The notes below the pieces were generated by a model. It was given only the letters and a program-made list of their open reading frames with translations, was not told the DNA's origin and made no database searches. Of a DNA stretch of 64,000 bases, positions 30,998-41,453 are shown in pieces. The stretch is from Dehalococcoidia bacterium (GTDB taxonomy: Bacteria > Chloroflexota > Dehalococcoidia > Lucifugimonadales > UBA3495), in contig JASLXV010000067.1 of assembly GCA_030740155.1 (NCBI GenBank), positions 1 to 64,000 of the forward strand. Direction: 5' to 3'. A program made the position numbers and the translations under genes. The first letter of the stretch is position 1; the number at the start of each line of letters is the position of its first letter.

Positions 30998-31339
30998 CGC
31001 CCGGCTCCCCGCGGCCCCGGAGTTGGCGTCTCCCGAGCCGGCTTTGGCGGTCGGCGATCTCACCAAGGGCCGGCATCAATGCCCCGATGTTTCGGTCAGC
31101 CATCTTTAAATGAGTTCACCGCATCAGCCGCTATTTCCCTTCGAACCGTCAGGCGTGCTATCGCAACTATTGCCAGGCGGGTATTCTCGGCCGCTGGGCT
31201 GGTGGCGAGGAGCTGAATCGGCAAGGCGCAAGCTCTCACCGTAGGAATACTTTGGGGATTCTTCAACACCGCGGCCCGGGCCACCCGAAGAGGTCAACCC
31301 GGCCCCGGCGAGACAGGAAGGAGGAGGAGGCGCCGCCGG

Positions 31340-31618
31340 CTAAGAAGGGCTCTGGCCTTTGTCCTGTTTGGCCCGGGCGAGGATGGACCGCTTGAACGAG
31401 GCAGGCGGCGAGACCCTGGGGAGGCTGGCGAGAATGCTGATAGTCGAAGCCAGCGTGTCGACGAACGCCTGACACGGCCTGCATTTGCTCAAGTGGCTCT
31501 GGATGGTGGAGCGTTTCGCCGTTGGTAAATCCTCTTCAAGGTAGTCCGAAGAAAGCTCTCGGACCCCCTCGCAGTCGATCTCATGGCGGCGAACTAGATT
31601 CTTAAACAGTCCAAGCAC
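31340..31618 (-). CDS. Small soluble zinc anti-sigma factor (zf-HC2)
   Basis: C..VRELSSDYLE.DL and HLSKCRPC (HxxxCxxC). Confidence 0.85.
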   Translation of the reverse strand: MLGLFKNLVRRHEIDCEGVRELSSDYLEEDLPTAKRSTIQSHLSKCRPCQAFVDTLASTISILASLPRVSPPASFKRSILARAKQDKGQSPS

Positions 31619-31795
31619 GGCATTTGCCCCCGGCTCATTCTATAGGCATCCGGTGGAGTCGGCAACCTCTCGGGATCAATCTCCAAAGTGTACCGTTAGC
31701 CCCCACCTTGAGCCAGGAGGGGCGCTCTCTATGGACAACCTCTCTAGGTTAGATGCACAATGCGGTCCAAAAGGATGCAAGTTTAGGGCGATTGG

Positions 31796-32329
31796 ATGGA
31801 AATGGAAACCCAGACCCGATTGGACTTTGAATCCATAGTTGAGAATTACAGCGACTTCGTATACAACCTGACCTACCGCGTACTGGGAAACAACGCCGAC
31901 GCCGAAGATGCGGCGCAGGACGCTTTTCTTTCCGCCTATCGCAGTTTCCAGCGTTTCAGGGGAGAGTCGTCGGTCAGCACTTGGCTGTATCGCATCGCGG
32001 TTAACGCCGCGTTGATGAGATTGCGGAAGGACCGGCAGAAGAACCTGCTGACCCAGACGGGATACGACGAGTTGCGTATTACCAATCCTTCCGAAGGTCC
32101 GGAGAAGCAGGCGCTCAACAGTGAGCTTAGGGAGCGCCTGGAACAGGGCTTGGGGTTGGTAGCTCCCCACCTGCGGGCAGCCGTGGTCTTGCGGGACGTG
32201 CAGGGCCTGAACAATGAAGAGGCTGCCGCAGTGCTGGATATCTCCGTTTCGTCTCTGAAGGCCCGTCTACATCGGGGGCGGGTGTTGCTCCGCCAGTACC
32301 TGCAGGACTACCTCCAGCAGGCCCAATAG
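31796..32329 (+). CDS. ECF RNA polymerase sigma factor
   Basis: [43 protein letters not shown]. Confidence 0.93.
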   Translation: MEMETQTRLDFESIVENYSDFVYNLTYRVLGNNADAEDAAQDAFLSAYRSFQRFRGESSVSTWLYRIAVNAALMRLRKDRQKNLLTQTGYDELRITNPSEGPEKQALNSELRERLEQGLGLVAPHLRAAVVLRDVQGLNNEEAAAVLDISVSSLKARLHRGRVLLRQYLQDYLQQAQ

Positions 32330-32391
32330 ACCTTATCCAGAGCCGCCATCGGCGGGCGGCGGACCTCCAGGCTGAGGACCTTGGGTCTCGG

Positions 32392-33258
32392 TCAGATCTG
32401 GAACGACCCCATCAGTTCCTCAACAGCCCGCGGCTTGGTCTTTTCCCACAACTGTTCAAACTGCTGGTCGAGTGATGGCCGGCTCTCGTCCTTGTACAAG
32501 ACCCCAACCGGCGTACCGCCTTGCTGAAGCAGGCGAGACGCCTCGGCGCGGTCCGAGGGATCGTGGTCCTCCGGAATGGCCCACAACGCCGGCTCTACCC
32601 CTTGCTTCTGGTTTCCCTTCAGCTCTTCATAGTTGTCATGGTAGGTGGTACAGGGAGACTGGACATGGACGATGGAGAACCCGGCGTGGTCCATCCCCTG
32701 TTTGATCAGCTTGGCCAGGGGCCGGGGTTGGCCGGAGAACCCGGAAGCGATGTACGTGACTCCCAGGGTCAGGTACAGTTCCAGCGGACTGGTCGCCGCT
32801 TCCAGTTTGCCGAACGGGGTAGAACTGGTAATGGTGCCAATCTTGGTGGTGGGCGAACTCTGGCCCTTGGTCAGCCCGTAGATACCGTTGTCCATGACCA
32901 CGGCGCAGATATTCAGGTTCCTGGCGGCTTGAGGCCCGATATGCTCGGCGCCGATGCTCAAGAAGTCCCCATCGCCGGCCACGACGACCACGTTCAGACT
33001 GGGGCGGGCCATCTTGACGCCCATGGCGATCGGCAGGGACCTTCCGTGAATGCCGTGGAAGCCGTAGGCTTGAGCCCCTTCCAGCAGATGGACCAGGTTG
33101 CCGGAGCAGCCTATACCCGCCACCACCACATTGCCCTCCGCGGGAACCCCCGACTCTTCCAGCCGGTCGATCATGGCGAATTCAATCGCCCTGCGCACCC
33201 CGAAGTCGCCGCAGCCGGGGCACCATTTGAAATCGTATTCCAGGTTCTTCTTGCTCAT
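32392..33258 (-). CDS. korB: 2-oxoacid:ferredoxin oxidoreductase beta subunit
   Basis: WCPGCGD, GIGCSG, HGR, GDGD...DNGIYGLTKGQSSPT, SPC.TY. Confidence 0.92.
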   Translation of the reverse strand: MSKKNLEYDFKWCPGCGDFGVRRAIEFAMIDRLEESGVPAEGNVVVAGIGCSGNLVHLLEGAQAYGFHGIHGRSLPIAMGVKMARPSLNVVVVAGDGDFLSIGAEHIGPQAARNLNICAVVMDNGIYGLTKGQSSPTTKIGTITSSTPFGKLEAATSPLELYLTLGVTYIASGFSGQPRPLAKLIKQGMDHAGFSIVHVQSPCTTYHDNYEELKGNQKQGVEPALWAIPEDHDPSDRAEASRLLQQGGTPVGVLYKDESRPSLDQQFEQLWEKTKPRAVEELMGSFQI

Positions 33259-34970
33259 GCCCGGACCATCTCCCGGCGAGAGGTACTCGCCATATCGGTG
33301 ATCTGTTTGACCAGGTCTCGAACCCGGAATGGCAGGCCGGTGTATTGAGTGATAGCCACTGCACGTACCCCCTCGGAACGGAGGATACTGGCGAACTGCC
33401 CCTGGTAGTTCAACTCAGGCACGATTACCAGCTCTTTTTGTCTCAACTCCTCCAGCAACCGGGGAGGCAGCGGGTTCAAGAACATGGTGTAATACCAGGC
33501 GACGGAGACGCCCTGCTCTTTCAAAGTGTGGTAAGCCTCCAGGGCCGGCCCCTTGGAGCCCCCCCAGGGGAGGAGAGCGATTGACTCCTCCGGCCTTTCC
33601 CGTTCGTAGGTGTCCGTTTCGAGCAGTTTCAACTTGCCGAATCGCCGCTCGGTCATCTCTACGTGGTGTTCGGCCAGGTGGGTGGTGTCTCCCATGTCGT
33701 CGTGTTCGCTGCCGTTGGCCACGTAGGCTCCCGGAGAGCCGGGGATGGGCATGGGTGAAAGCTCCTGCCCAGCATAGCGATGGTAGTTGTTGGCGCCCTG
33801 GTAAACCTTCCGATTCGTCACTTCCAGCTTGGATAGGTCCGGCATGGGGATATTCTGTACCCGCTCCGCCAAGGTCATCTCGGTGAGCAAGATAACCGGG
33901 CCTTGGTACCGCTCCGCCCAATTCAAAGCTGTCACGGCGCCGTAAAAACACTCTTCCACGGTGCCGGCGGCAATGATGGGAAGTCGAACGTCGCCATGGG
34001 CAGGATACATGCAGGCCATCAGGTCCGATTGTTCGGTCTTGGTCGGCAGGCCGGTCGCCGGGCCGGCCCGCTGCACGTCCACCACCACGCAGGGAATCTC
34101 CGCCATCCAGGCTAACCCCAAGCCTTCGCTCATCAGGGAGATCCCCGGCCCGGAGGTGGCTGTCATGGATTTTCTTCCGGCGAATCCGCCGCCCAACAAC
34201 GCCGTCATTGCCTCGATTTCCGAGCTTACCTGGTAGGCGAATTTTTCAGGACCCACCAGGTTGCGTTCCAGGTAGATCAAAATGGCGCTGGCCGGGGAGA
34301 TCGGATAGCCCACGTAGAATTCCAGCCCTCCGGCCAGAGCGCCCAGGGCCACGGCCTCATTCCCCTTGAGCATGAGTTGGGCGTCCTCCGGCATTTCGGG
34401 GGGCGCCAGTTCTCCCAACGCGAAACCGACCTGGGAGATGTGCTCCCAGCCCAGGTTGATCGCCATGATGTTGGACCGGATGATTTCGGCGTCGGTGGAC
34501 CGGCCGCGGCTAAACCGCTGCTCCACGAACTTCTCCAAGGACGCCTTTGACATGTCCACCAGGTACGCCAACGCCCCGACCACGACCATGTTGGCGGCCC
34601 GGTTGTTGGCCGTCGACCGGGCCAGATCGTCGATAGCCAGGCCGAGGACCCGAGGGCTGGCTTCCAACTGGAACTCGTTGGAGTTGTAAATGACCACGCC
34701 GCCGTCTCTCACGGCGCCGCGGTGGGCATCATAGGCTTCCCGGTTAAAGGCCACCAGGACATCCACATCGTCCCCGGGGCTCAGGACCGGCTCCACCGAG
34801 ATGCGGACCTGGGTCCAGGTGGGGCCCCCCATGATCTGGGAGGGAAATGTGGCGAAGGTTAGGGCGTGGAAGCCGGCGGAGGTGGAGGTCTGTGCCAGAG
34901 ATTCCGCCGAGGTGACAACCCCCTGTCCCCCTTCTCCGGCGAACCGGACGACAAAGTCGCGGACTAGCAT
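33255..34970 (-). CDS. korA: 2-oxoacid:ferredoxin oxidoreductase alpha subunit (gamma-alpha fusion)
   Basis: AGEGGQG, GYPISPAS, TATSGPG.SLM.E, QRAGPATGLPTKTEQSD, ELNYQGQ. Confidence 0.92.
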   Translation of the reverse strand: MLVRDFVVRFAGEGGQGVVTSAESLAQTSTSAGFHALTFATFPSQIMGGPTWTQVRISVEPVLSPGDDVDVLVAFNREAYDAHRGAVRDGGVVIYNSNEFQLEASPRVLGLAIDDLARSTANNRAANMVVVGALAYLVDMSKASLEKFVEQRFSRGRSTDAEIIRSNIMAINLGWEHISQVGFALGELAPPEMPEDAQLMLKGNEAVALGALAGGLEFYVGYPISPASAILIYLERNLVGPEKFAYQVSSEIEAMTALLGGGFAGRKSMTATSGPGISLMSEGLGLAWMAEIPCVVVDVQRAGPATGLPTKTEQSDLMACMYPAHGDVRLPIIAAGTVEECFYGAVTALNWAERYQGPVILLTEMTLAERVQNIPMPDLSKLEVTNRKVYQGANNYHRYAGQELSPMPIPGSPGAYVANGSEHDDMGDTTHLAEHHVEMTERRFGKLKLLETDTYERERPEESIALLPWGGSKGPALEAYHTLKEQGVSVAWYYTMFLNPLPPRLLEELRQKELVIVPELNYQGQFASILRSEGVRAVAITQYTGLPFRVRDLVKQITDMASTSRREMVRA

Positions 34971-35264
34971 AGGCAGACCTCCCGGCCTATTGATCAGGAC
35001 AAAGGGATATCAGGATTGGATCCAGTGGTGGAGCGGCGGACGGATATTCGGTATCTACATGCACAGGAAGCAAGGACGGCTACATTGAGGCACAAACGGT
35101 TCAGGGTCTTTGGCATGGTGGTTTTTGGGATCGGTCCTCTCGACTCCCTGAAGTCAAGGCGACCTCATAGAGGTCGCTCTATTCGCCGTTATCGCGGCAG
35201 CCCAGTGGTCTGCCCGGTGGTCTGCCCGGTGGTCTGACTGAGTATTTCCGAGGGCTGCATTACG

Positions 35265-35294
35265 AATATAACACCCGGCTTCGGCCATTGTCAA
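35265..35294 (-). promoter_or_regulatory. Putative sigma70 promoter of korAB
   Basis: Minus strand TTGACA-18 nt-TATATT with TGn extension, about 290 nt upstream of korA. Confidence 0.5.
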
Positions 35295-35390
35295 TTGAGA
35301 CTCAGTAACAATATCCGGCTCTGATAATTGTCTAATTGCGCCCGGCTCCCGACATTGTTGGGGGTTCTTGGGTATGCTAGAATCCGTATC

Positions 35391-36500
35391 ATGGAGGACA
35401 TCAAATACTGGGTGGCGCTGAACCGCGTCCCCCAGCTTGGAACGGTTAGGTTCCGCCGGTTGGAGGCCCACTTCGGCAAGTTGGCTGGCGCTTGGCAGGC
35501 CAGTTTGGCCGAGTTGAAGGCTGCTGGAATCGAGGATCGACCGGCTCGTGAGATAGTGGCGGCCCGAAGCCGTATCTCACCGGACGCCGAGATTGAGCGG
35601 ATGAGCCTCGCTGGGGTGAAGCCGCTCAACTGGCACCACCATGATTACCCGCCCCGGCTGAAAGAGATACATGATCCACCCCCGGTACTATATTATAAGG
35701 GCACCATTCTGCCGGACGACGAACGGGCGGTGGCGGTGGTGGGGACCCGGGGGCCCACCACCTATGGCCGCGAGGCGGCTGCCGCGCTGACCACCGACCT
35801 GGCTCGCAACGGCATCACCATCGTAAGCGGATTGGCCCGGGGCATTGACGGCGTCGCCCACCGGGCGGCCCTGGACGCCGGCGGCAGGACTATCGCCGTC
35901 CTGGCCAGCGGGTTGGACACGGTCTACCCACGGGAGCACGCTGGTCTGTTCCAGCGGACCCAGGGGGCTGGGGCGGTGGTTTGCGAGTACCCTCTGGGTG
36001 TGCGGCCGGATCCCCGCAGCTTTCCCCGGCGGAACCGGCTGATCAGCGGCATGAGCCTGGGGACCCTGGTGATCGAGGCGCCCAACAAGAGCGGCGCGGT
36101 TTGGACGGTGCGTCACGCTTTGGACCAAAACCGGGAGGTCTTCTGCGTTCCGGGAAGTATCTTCTCACCGGCCAGCCAGTTCACCAACCGGATGATCCAA
36201 GAGGGCGCCAAGCTGGTCTCCAGCTACACCGACGTCCTGGAAGAGCTTAACTTGACGGTGGTCGCCCACCAGGTGGAGATGCCCATGATTCAGGATCAAG
36301 CCGACGATACCGAGGCGGCCTTGCTCCAGTACCTGGACGACGAACCGCTACATATCGACGATATCCGAAGGAGCGCCAGCTTGCCCATCGCCGCGGTCAG
36401 CAGCCTGTTGTCCATGCTGGAGCTGAGGGGTAAGGTCAAGCAGGTTGGCTGCATGCACTACATTCGAATACGGGAGACTAGCCCAATCTATGGCAACTGA
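35391..36500 (+). CDS. dprA: DNA processing protein DprA
   Basis: AVVGTR.PT.YG, IVSGLARGIDGVAH, FPRRNRLISG, winged-helix C-terminus. Confidence 0.97.
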   Translation: MEDIKYWVALNRVPQLGTVRFRRLEAHFGKLAGAWQASLAELKAAGIEDRPAREIVAARSRISPDAEIERMSLAGVKPLNWHHHDYPPRLKEIHDPPPVLYYKGTILPDDERAVAVVGTRGPTTYGREAAAALTTDLARNGITIVSGLARGIDGVAHRAALDAGGRTIAVLASGLDTVYPREHAGLFQRTQGAGAVVCEYPLGVRPDPRSFPRRNRLISGMSLGTLVIEAPNKSGAVWTVRHALDQNREVFCVPGSIFSPASQFTNRMIQEGAKLVSSYTDVLEELNLTVVAHQVEMPMIQDQADDTEAALLQYLDDEPLHIDDIRRSASLPIAAVSSLLSMLELRGKVKQVGCMHYIRIRETSPIYGN

Positions 36501-38757
36501 TTCTGGGAAGAAGACCCCCGCCCGGTCCAAGCCTAAACCCAAGCCTCGAACTGCAGGTACCGCGAAGAAGAAGGCGAGCCCTCGAAAGAGCACCCTTAGG
36601 GCCAGCCTGACCGGCAAGCACCTGGTCATCGTGGAATCCCCGGCCAAAGCCCGAACCGTGGGCCAGATCCTGGGAAGAAAGTACGTGGTTACGGCCTCTC
36701 TGGGCCACGTCCGGGACCTGCCGAAGAGCAAGATCGGGGTGGACGTCGATCAGGACTTCGAGCCGTCCTACGTAATAATGAAGGACAAGAAGACCGTACT
36801 CACCGACCTGAAGAAAGCCGGCGAGCAGGCAACGAGCATATATCTGGCTACCGACCCGGACCGGGAGGGTGAGGCCATCTCCTGGCACCTCCAGGCAGCC
36901 GCCGAGTGGAGCCGGAGGTCCGAGCCACCCAAGCGGGTGGTCTTTCACGAAATCACCAAAGAGGCCGTGATGGAGGCCTTCAAGCACCCCAGGGAAATCG
37001 ATATGCAACTGGTCAATGCTCAGCAGGCCAGACGGATCTTGGACCGGCTGGTGGGCTACCAGATCAGCCCCTTACTCTGGCGGCGCGTTCAGCGGGGTCT
37101 CTCAGCCGGGCGGGTCCAATCGGTCGCCCTGCGAATGGTGGTGGACCGGGAGAAGGAAATCCAGGCCTTCGTGCCGGTGGAATCCTGGACGCTGGAAGCC
37201 CAACTCCATAAAGAGTCTGGCGATTCCACCGCAGCCAATCTATTCACGGCCGTGCTCCACTCAACCAAGGGGCAGAAGGGCCGGCTGTCCATCGCGAAAG
37301 AGGATGAGGCCCGGCGCTACGAAGCCGAACTTAATGGCGCCGCCTACGCGGTGGCCAGTGTGACCAAACGGGAGGTGCGCCAACGGCCGGTCGCGCCTTT
37401 CACCACGAGCACCTTGCAGCAAGACGCGGGGCGAAAGCTCAGGTTCACCGCCCAAAAGACCATGAGGATCGCCCAGCAACTTTATGAAGGTCTATCGGTT
37501 GGCCCAGGGGGCCCGGTGGGCCTGATCACCTACATGCGCACCGATTCTACCCAGGTTGCGGGGTCGGCCGTGGGTGAGGTGCGGGACTACATCCGCGACC
37601 GGTACGGCAAGGAGTTCTTGCCGGACAAGCCGAGGATGTACACGAAGCGGTCCAAGGCGGCTCAGGAAGCCCACGAGGCGATCCGGCCCACCTCTGCCCG
37701 GCGCGACCCGGAGGCCTTGAGGGCTCACCTGGACCGGGACCAGCACAACTTGTACAAGCTGATTTGGGAGCGGATGGTCGCCAGTCAGATGGCTGATGCC
37801 CGGTCCGATGCCACCACCGTGGATATCGAAGCCACCTGTAAAGCATCGCCCAACGTCTACGTCTTCCGGGCCACAGGCTCGGTGCTCAAGTTCCCGGGCT
37901 TCCGTTCCGTGTATGCGGAGCGGCGTGAGGAAAACGGGGGAGCCGAGGGCCGCAGAGCGCTGCCCCTGCTGGTCAGCGCCGACCCGCTGCGGTGCACCAA
38001 ACTCGAAGCGCTCCAGCACTTCACCGAGCCTCCTCCGCGGTTCACGGAGGGCACGTTGATCCGGGCGATGGAGGAGCAGGGTATCGGCCGGCCCAGTACC
38101 TACGCGCCGACCATCGGCACGCTTCTGGACCGCCACTATGTCGGCAAAGAGCAGACCCGCCTGGTGCCCTCGCCTTTGGGCACCACCGTCACCGAGCTTT
38201 TGACCGAGTACTTCACCGAGGTCATGGACCCGGAGTTCACCGCCAGGATGGAAAAGGAGTTGGACGACGTGTCCCGAGGCGAGCGACAGTGGGTCCCAAT
38301 GCTGGATGAGTTCTACGGCCCTTTCCAAAAAGCCCTGGAAGCCGCTCAGGAGCTGATGCCCCGGAGAAAGGTGGAAGAGGAGACCGACGAGATCTGCGAA
38401 ACCTGCGGCATGCCCATGGTGATCAAGACCGGGCGGTTCGGCCGGTTCCTTGCCTGCACCGGCTTCCCGGAGTGCCGGACCACCAAGAGGATCTTGAACA
38501 AGACCGGCGCGTCCTGTCCCAAGTGCGGTGGCGACATCGTCGAGCGCCGGTCCCGGGGACGAGGACGACCCTTCTACGGCTGTTCCCGCTATCCGGAGTG
38601 CGATTTCCTGACCAACCGGAAGCCGGTGCCCACTCCCTGCCCCGAGTGCAGCGGCCTGATGGTGATCGCGGACCGGGACACCGCCGCCTGCACCAACTGT
38701 GATTGGCAGGAGCCCATGGGAACGGACGTAGAGGAGCAGGCCCCCGTTGCCGGCTGA
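36490..38757 (+). CDS. topA: DNA topoisomerase I with C-terminal zinc ribbons
   Basis: VIVESPAKA, ATDPDREGE, SAGRVQS, ITYMRTDS, QEAHEAIRPT, GIGRPSTY. Confidence 0.98.
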   Translation: MATDSGKKTPARSKPKPKPRTAGTAKKKASPRKSTLRASLTGKHLVIVESPAKARTVGQILGRKYVVTASLGHVRDLPKSKIGVDVDQDFEPSYVIMKDKKTVLTDLKKAGEQATSIYLATDPDREGEAISWHLQAAAEWSRRSEPPKRVVFHEITKEAVMEAFKHPREIDMQLVNAQQARRILDRLVGYQISPLLWRRVQRGLSAGRVQSVALRMVVDREKEIQAFVPVESWTLEAQLHKESGDSTAANLFTAVLHSTKGQKGRLSIAKEDEARRYEAELNGAAYAVASVTKREVRQRPVAPFTTSTLQQDAGRKLRFTAQKTMRIAQQLYEGLSVGPGGPVGLITYMRTDSTQVAGSAVGEVRDYIRDRYGKEFLPDKPRMYTKRSKAAQEAHEAIRPTSARRDPEALRAHLDRDQHNLYKLIWERMVASQMADARSDATTVDIEATCKASPNVYVFRATGSVLKFPGFRSVYAERREENGGAEGRRALPLLVSADPLRCTKLEALQHFTEPPPRFTEGTLIRAMEEQGIGRPSTYAPTIGTLLDRHYVGKEQTRLVPSPLGTTVTELLTEYFTEVMDPEFTARMEKELDDVSRGERQWVPMLDEFYGPFQKALEAAQELMPRRKVEEETDEICETCGMPMVIKTGRFGRFLACTGFPECRTTKRILNKTGASCPKCGGDIVERRSRGRGRPFYGCSRYPECDFLTNRKPVPTPCPECSGLMVIADRDTAACTNCDWQEPMGTDVEEQAPVAG

Positions 38758-38830
38758 CCTTCAGCGGGGCGGAAAGACCTTTACAATGGGGGTTGCGGTG
38801 GACGGCCAAGCAGAACCGGAGATAACCTCC

Positions 38831-39883
38831 ATGGAGCCCGATTTCGAGGCTTTGTTGCAGCGCTACCCGTCATTTCTGCGGGGTCAGCGGGGTTTGTCCG
38901 AAAATACGCTGCGTATCTACCTGGCCGACATTGCTTCCTTCCGGCAGTACATATCCGGGCAGAGACTTAGGCTGGCCGATATGGACCGGTCCATGCTCCG
39001 GGGGTACCTGGCCTGGCTGGTCACCGCCGGGCGAGACGGGACCCACGGCTACGCCCGGGTCAGTGTCGCCCGCAAGCTCTCGGCGTTGCGGTCTTTCTAC
39101 CGCTTTCTGGTGCAGGAAGGCCTCTTCCGGTCCACCCCCATGCCGTCGGGGCGCAGCTTCCGGCTCAAGCTGGAAAGGCCCCTGCCGAGATTCCTGGGAC
39201 GGAGCGAGGTGAACCGGCTGCTGGAAGCTCCGGGCGACGCCACCCCGGTGGCGATTCGCGACGGGGCGATCCTGGAGGTCCTGTACTCTTGCGGCGTACG
39301 GCTCGCGGAGATCCAGGAGTTGAATGTCGGGGACGTAGACCTATCGCGGCGTGAGATGCTGGTCCGGGGCAAAGGCTCCAAGGAGCGGTGGGTGGTGTTT
39401 GGGCAGCCCGCGGAGACATCATTGACCCGCTATCTGGGGGAATCGAGGCCCCTTCTGGCCACCGGGCCGGACCCGGCGTTGTTCTTGAACCGCTATGGAA
39501 AACGCCTGTCCCGCCGCAGTTTCGAGATATTGGTCGGGCGCTACGCGGCTCGGTCGGGCGCCCGTACCGGGGTGCATCCCCATACGCTTCGCCACACCTT
39601 TGCCACCCACCTGCTGGAGGGAGGTGCCGACCTGCGGGTCATCCAGGAGCTGTTGGGCCATTCCAGCCCGACCACAACCCAGGTGTACACCCACGTGACC
39701 ATGCAGGAGGCGCTCAGCGCCATGTTGACCAATCATCCCCGGTCGGACCTACCCCCCGGCGCGGCCTCTCGCGAGGAGACCGGCGGCAACCGGCCGGATG
39801 AAAACCCCGCAAGCCCGCAGGCCGCCGCGAAACCTCCCCGGCTGGCCACGGGAAGGGGCCGACCTTTGAGGGACGGAGTTTAG
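38831..39883 (+). CDS. xerC: XerC/D-type tyrosine recombinase (start uncertain)
   Basis: RD.AILE.LY.CG.R, VRGKG.KER, HPHTLRHTFATH, LLGH...TTQVYTH; dprA-topA-xerC synteny. Confidence 0.85.
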   Translation: MEPDFEALLQRYPSFLRGQRGLSENTLRIYLADIASFRQYISGQRLRLADMDRSMLRGYLAWLVTAGRDGTHGYARVSVARKLSALRSFYRFLVQEGLFRSTPMPSGRSFRLKLERPLPRFLGRSEVNRLLEAPGDATPVAIRDGAILEVLYSCGVRLAEIQELNVGDVDLSRREMLVRGKGSKERWVVFGQPAETSLTRYLGESRPLLATGPDPALFLNRYGKRLSRRSFEILVGRYAARSGARTGVHPHTLRHTFATHLLEGGADLRVIQELLGHSSPTTTQVYTHVTMQEALSAMLTNHPRSDLPPGAASREETGGNRPDENPASPQAAAKPPRLATGRGRPLRDGV

Positions 39884-39890
39884 CCGGCCG

Positions 39891-40340
39891 ATGGTCAAGT
39901 TTCTGATTCTCAACGGGCCCAACATCAACATCCTGGGCCGCCGCATGCCCGAGATTTACGGAGTCAGGACCCTCGACGATATCAATCAGGAGTTGGCGGA
40001 GAAAGCCAAGGCCGTTGGCGTGGAAGTCAGCTTCTTCCAGTCCAACGTTGAAGGCCACCTGATCGATTGCATCCAGGAGCACTGGGGGGAGATTCAGGGC
40101 ATCATCATCAATCCGGGCGCCCTCACCCATTACGGCTACGCCCTGAAGGACGCCCTCATCGATGCGGCCGTGCCGGTGATCGAGGTGCACCTGGGCAACA
40201 TCTACGCCCGCGAGGCCTGGCGGCGCCACTCAGTCATCGCCGATATTGCCCGGGGCCAGATTGCGGGGTTCGGTTGGAGAAGCTATACTTCGGCGTTGGA
40301 GATCCTGGCCGCGCAAGTGAAGGAAGAGGCAGGGAAATGA
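39891..40340 (+). CDS. aroQ: Type II 3-dehydroquinate dehydratase
   Basis: LNGPN.N.LGRR.PEIYG, QSN.EG, INPGALTH, EVHLGN.YARE. Confidence 0.95.
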   Translation: MVKFLILNGPNINILGRRMPEIYGVRTLDDINQELAEKAKAVGVEVSFFQSNVEGHLIDCIQEHWGEIQGIIINPGALTHYGYALKDALIDAAVPVIEVHLGNIYAREAWRRHSVIADIARGQIAGFGWRSYTSALEILAAQVKEEAGK

Positions 40341-41404
40341 AAGACCGCTTGGATCGATTGAGGAGCCAGTTCCGGGAGCGGGAGCTGGACGCCATGTTGA
40401 TTTCAGCGCCGGAAAACCGGCGTTACCTCTCGGGCTTTACCGGCTCGGCAGGCTATCTGTTCATCTCCGCGGAACGGGCGGTGCTGGTTACCGATTCCCG
40501 TTACACCGAGCAGGCCACCGGTCAAGCCTCGGAGTACCGGGTGATTCAGATCCGGGGGGGATGGGACTGGCTGCTGGAGCAGTTGAAGGAAAGCGGCGCC
40601 AAGAAGCTGGGCTTCGAGAGCCAGGATATGACCGTCGCCACCTACAACGTGCTGCTTGAAGCCCTGAAGAAAGAGGAGCCCCTCACCCAGGTTTCCATGG
40701 TGGCGGCCCCCGGCATGGCTGAAGAACAGCGGGCCATCAAGGACGGCGGCGAGTTGGACGCATTGCGCAAAGCCATCCACGCCTCCGACGCGGCGATGGA
40801 TGCGGTGCGCACGGAGATCCGCGAGGGCATGACCGAGCGGGAAGTGGCCTGGCGAATGGAGTCGGCGATGCGCGATTTTGGCTCCGAGGGCACCAGCTTC
40901 GACACCATCGTGGCCGCCGGGCCCAACGGCGCCATGGCCCATCACCGGCCCTCGGACCGGCCCATCGGGCGCGGTGAGCCCATCGTGATCGACATGGGCG
41001 CCAAGGTCGATGGGTACTGCTCGGACCTCACCCGGACGGTGGTGGTCGGAGAGCCCGACGAGACCTTCCGCAAGGTCTACGACATCGTGCTGGGCGCCCA
41101 ACTGACCGCGATCAACACCGTCAAGGCCGGAATGACCGGCGGGGATTGCGACGGCCTGGCCCGCTCCGTAATCGCCGAAGCGGGCTACGGAGATCAATTC
41201 GGGCACGGCCTGGGCCACGGAGTTGGCCTGGCGGTCCACGAGGATCCGAGGGTAGGACCCAAGTCTTCGGACCCCCTGGAACCCAACTCAGTTTTCACGG
41301 TTGAGCCGGGGATCTACATCACCGGCTGGGGTGGGATACGCATCGAAGACATCGTGCTTTTGGACGGGGAAGGCGCCACCCCCCTTAGTAAGGCATCCAA
41401 GTAG
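40337..41404 (+). CDS. Xaa-Pro peptidase (M24B)
   Basis: NRRYLSGFTGS, IDMGA..DGYCSDLTRT, HGLGHGVGL.VHE, TVEPGIY, GIRIED. Confidence 0.95.
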   Translation: MKDRLDRLRSQFRERELDAMLISAPENRRYLSGFTGSAGYLFISAERAVLVTDSRYTEQATGQASEYRVIQIRGGWDWLLEQLKESGAKKLGFESQDMTVATYNVLLEALKKEEPLTQVSMVAAPGMAEEQRAIKDGGELDALRKAIHASDAAMDAVRTEIREGMTEREVAWRMESAMRDFGSEGTSFDTIVAAGPNGAMAHHRPSDRPIGRGEPIVIDMGAKVDGYCSDLTRTVVVGEPDETFRKVYDIVLGAQLTAINTVKAGMTGGDCDGLARSVIAEAGYGDQFGHGLGHGVGLAVHEDPRVGPKSSDPLEPNSVFTVEPGIYITGWGGIRIEDIVLLDGEGATPLSKASK

Positions 41405-41453
41405 TTTACGGGCCGGTGGTCCGTGATGACCCGGAGTTGGGAGGAAGGTCCGG

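Noticed and set aside
38831..39883. Tyrosine recombinase as a prophage or integron integrase
   Set aside because: It sits in the standard dprA-topA-xerC context, lacks the IntI-specific insertion and has no phage genes or att array beside it.
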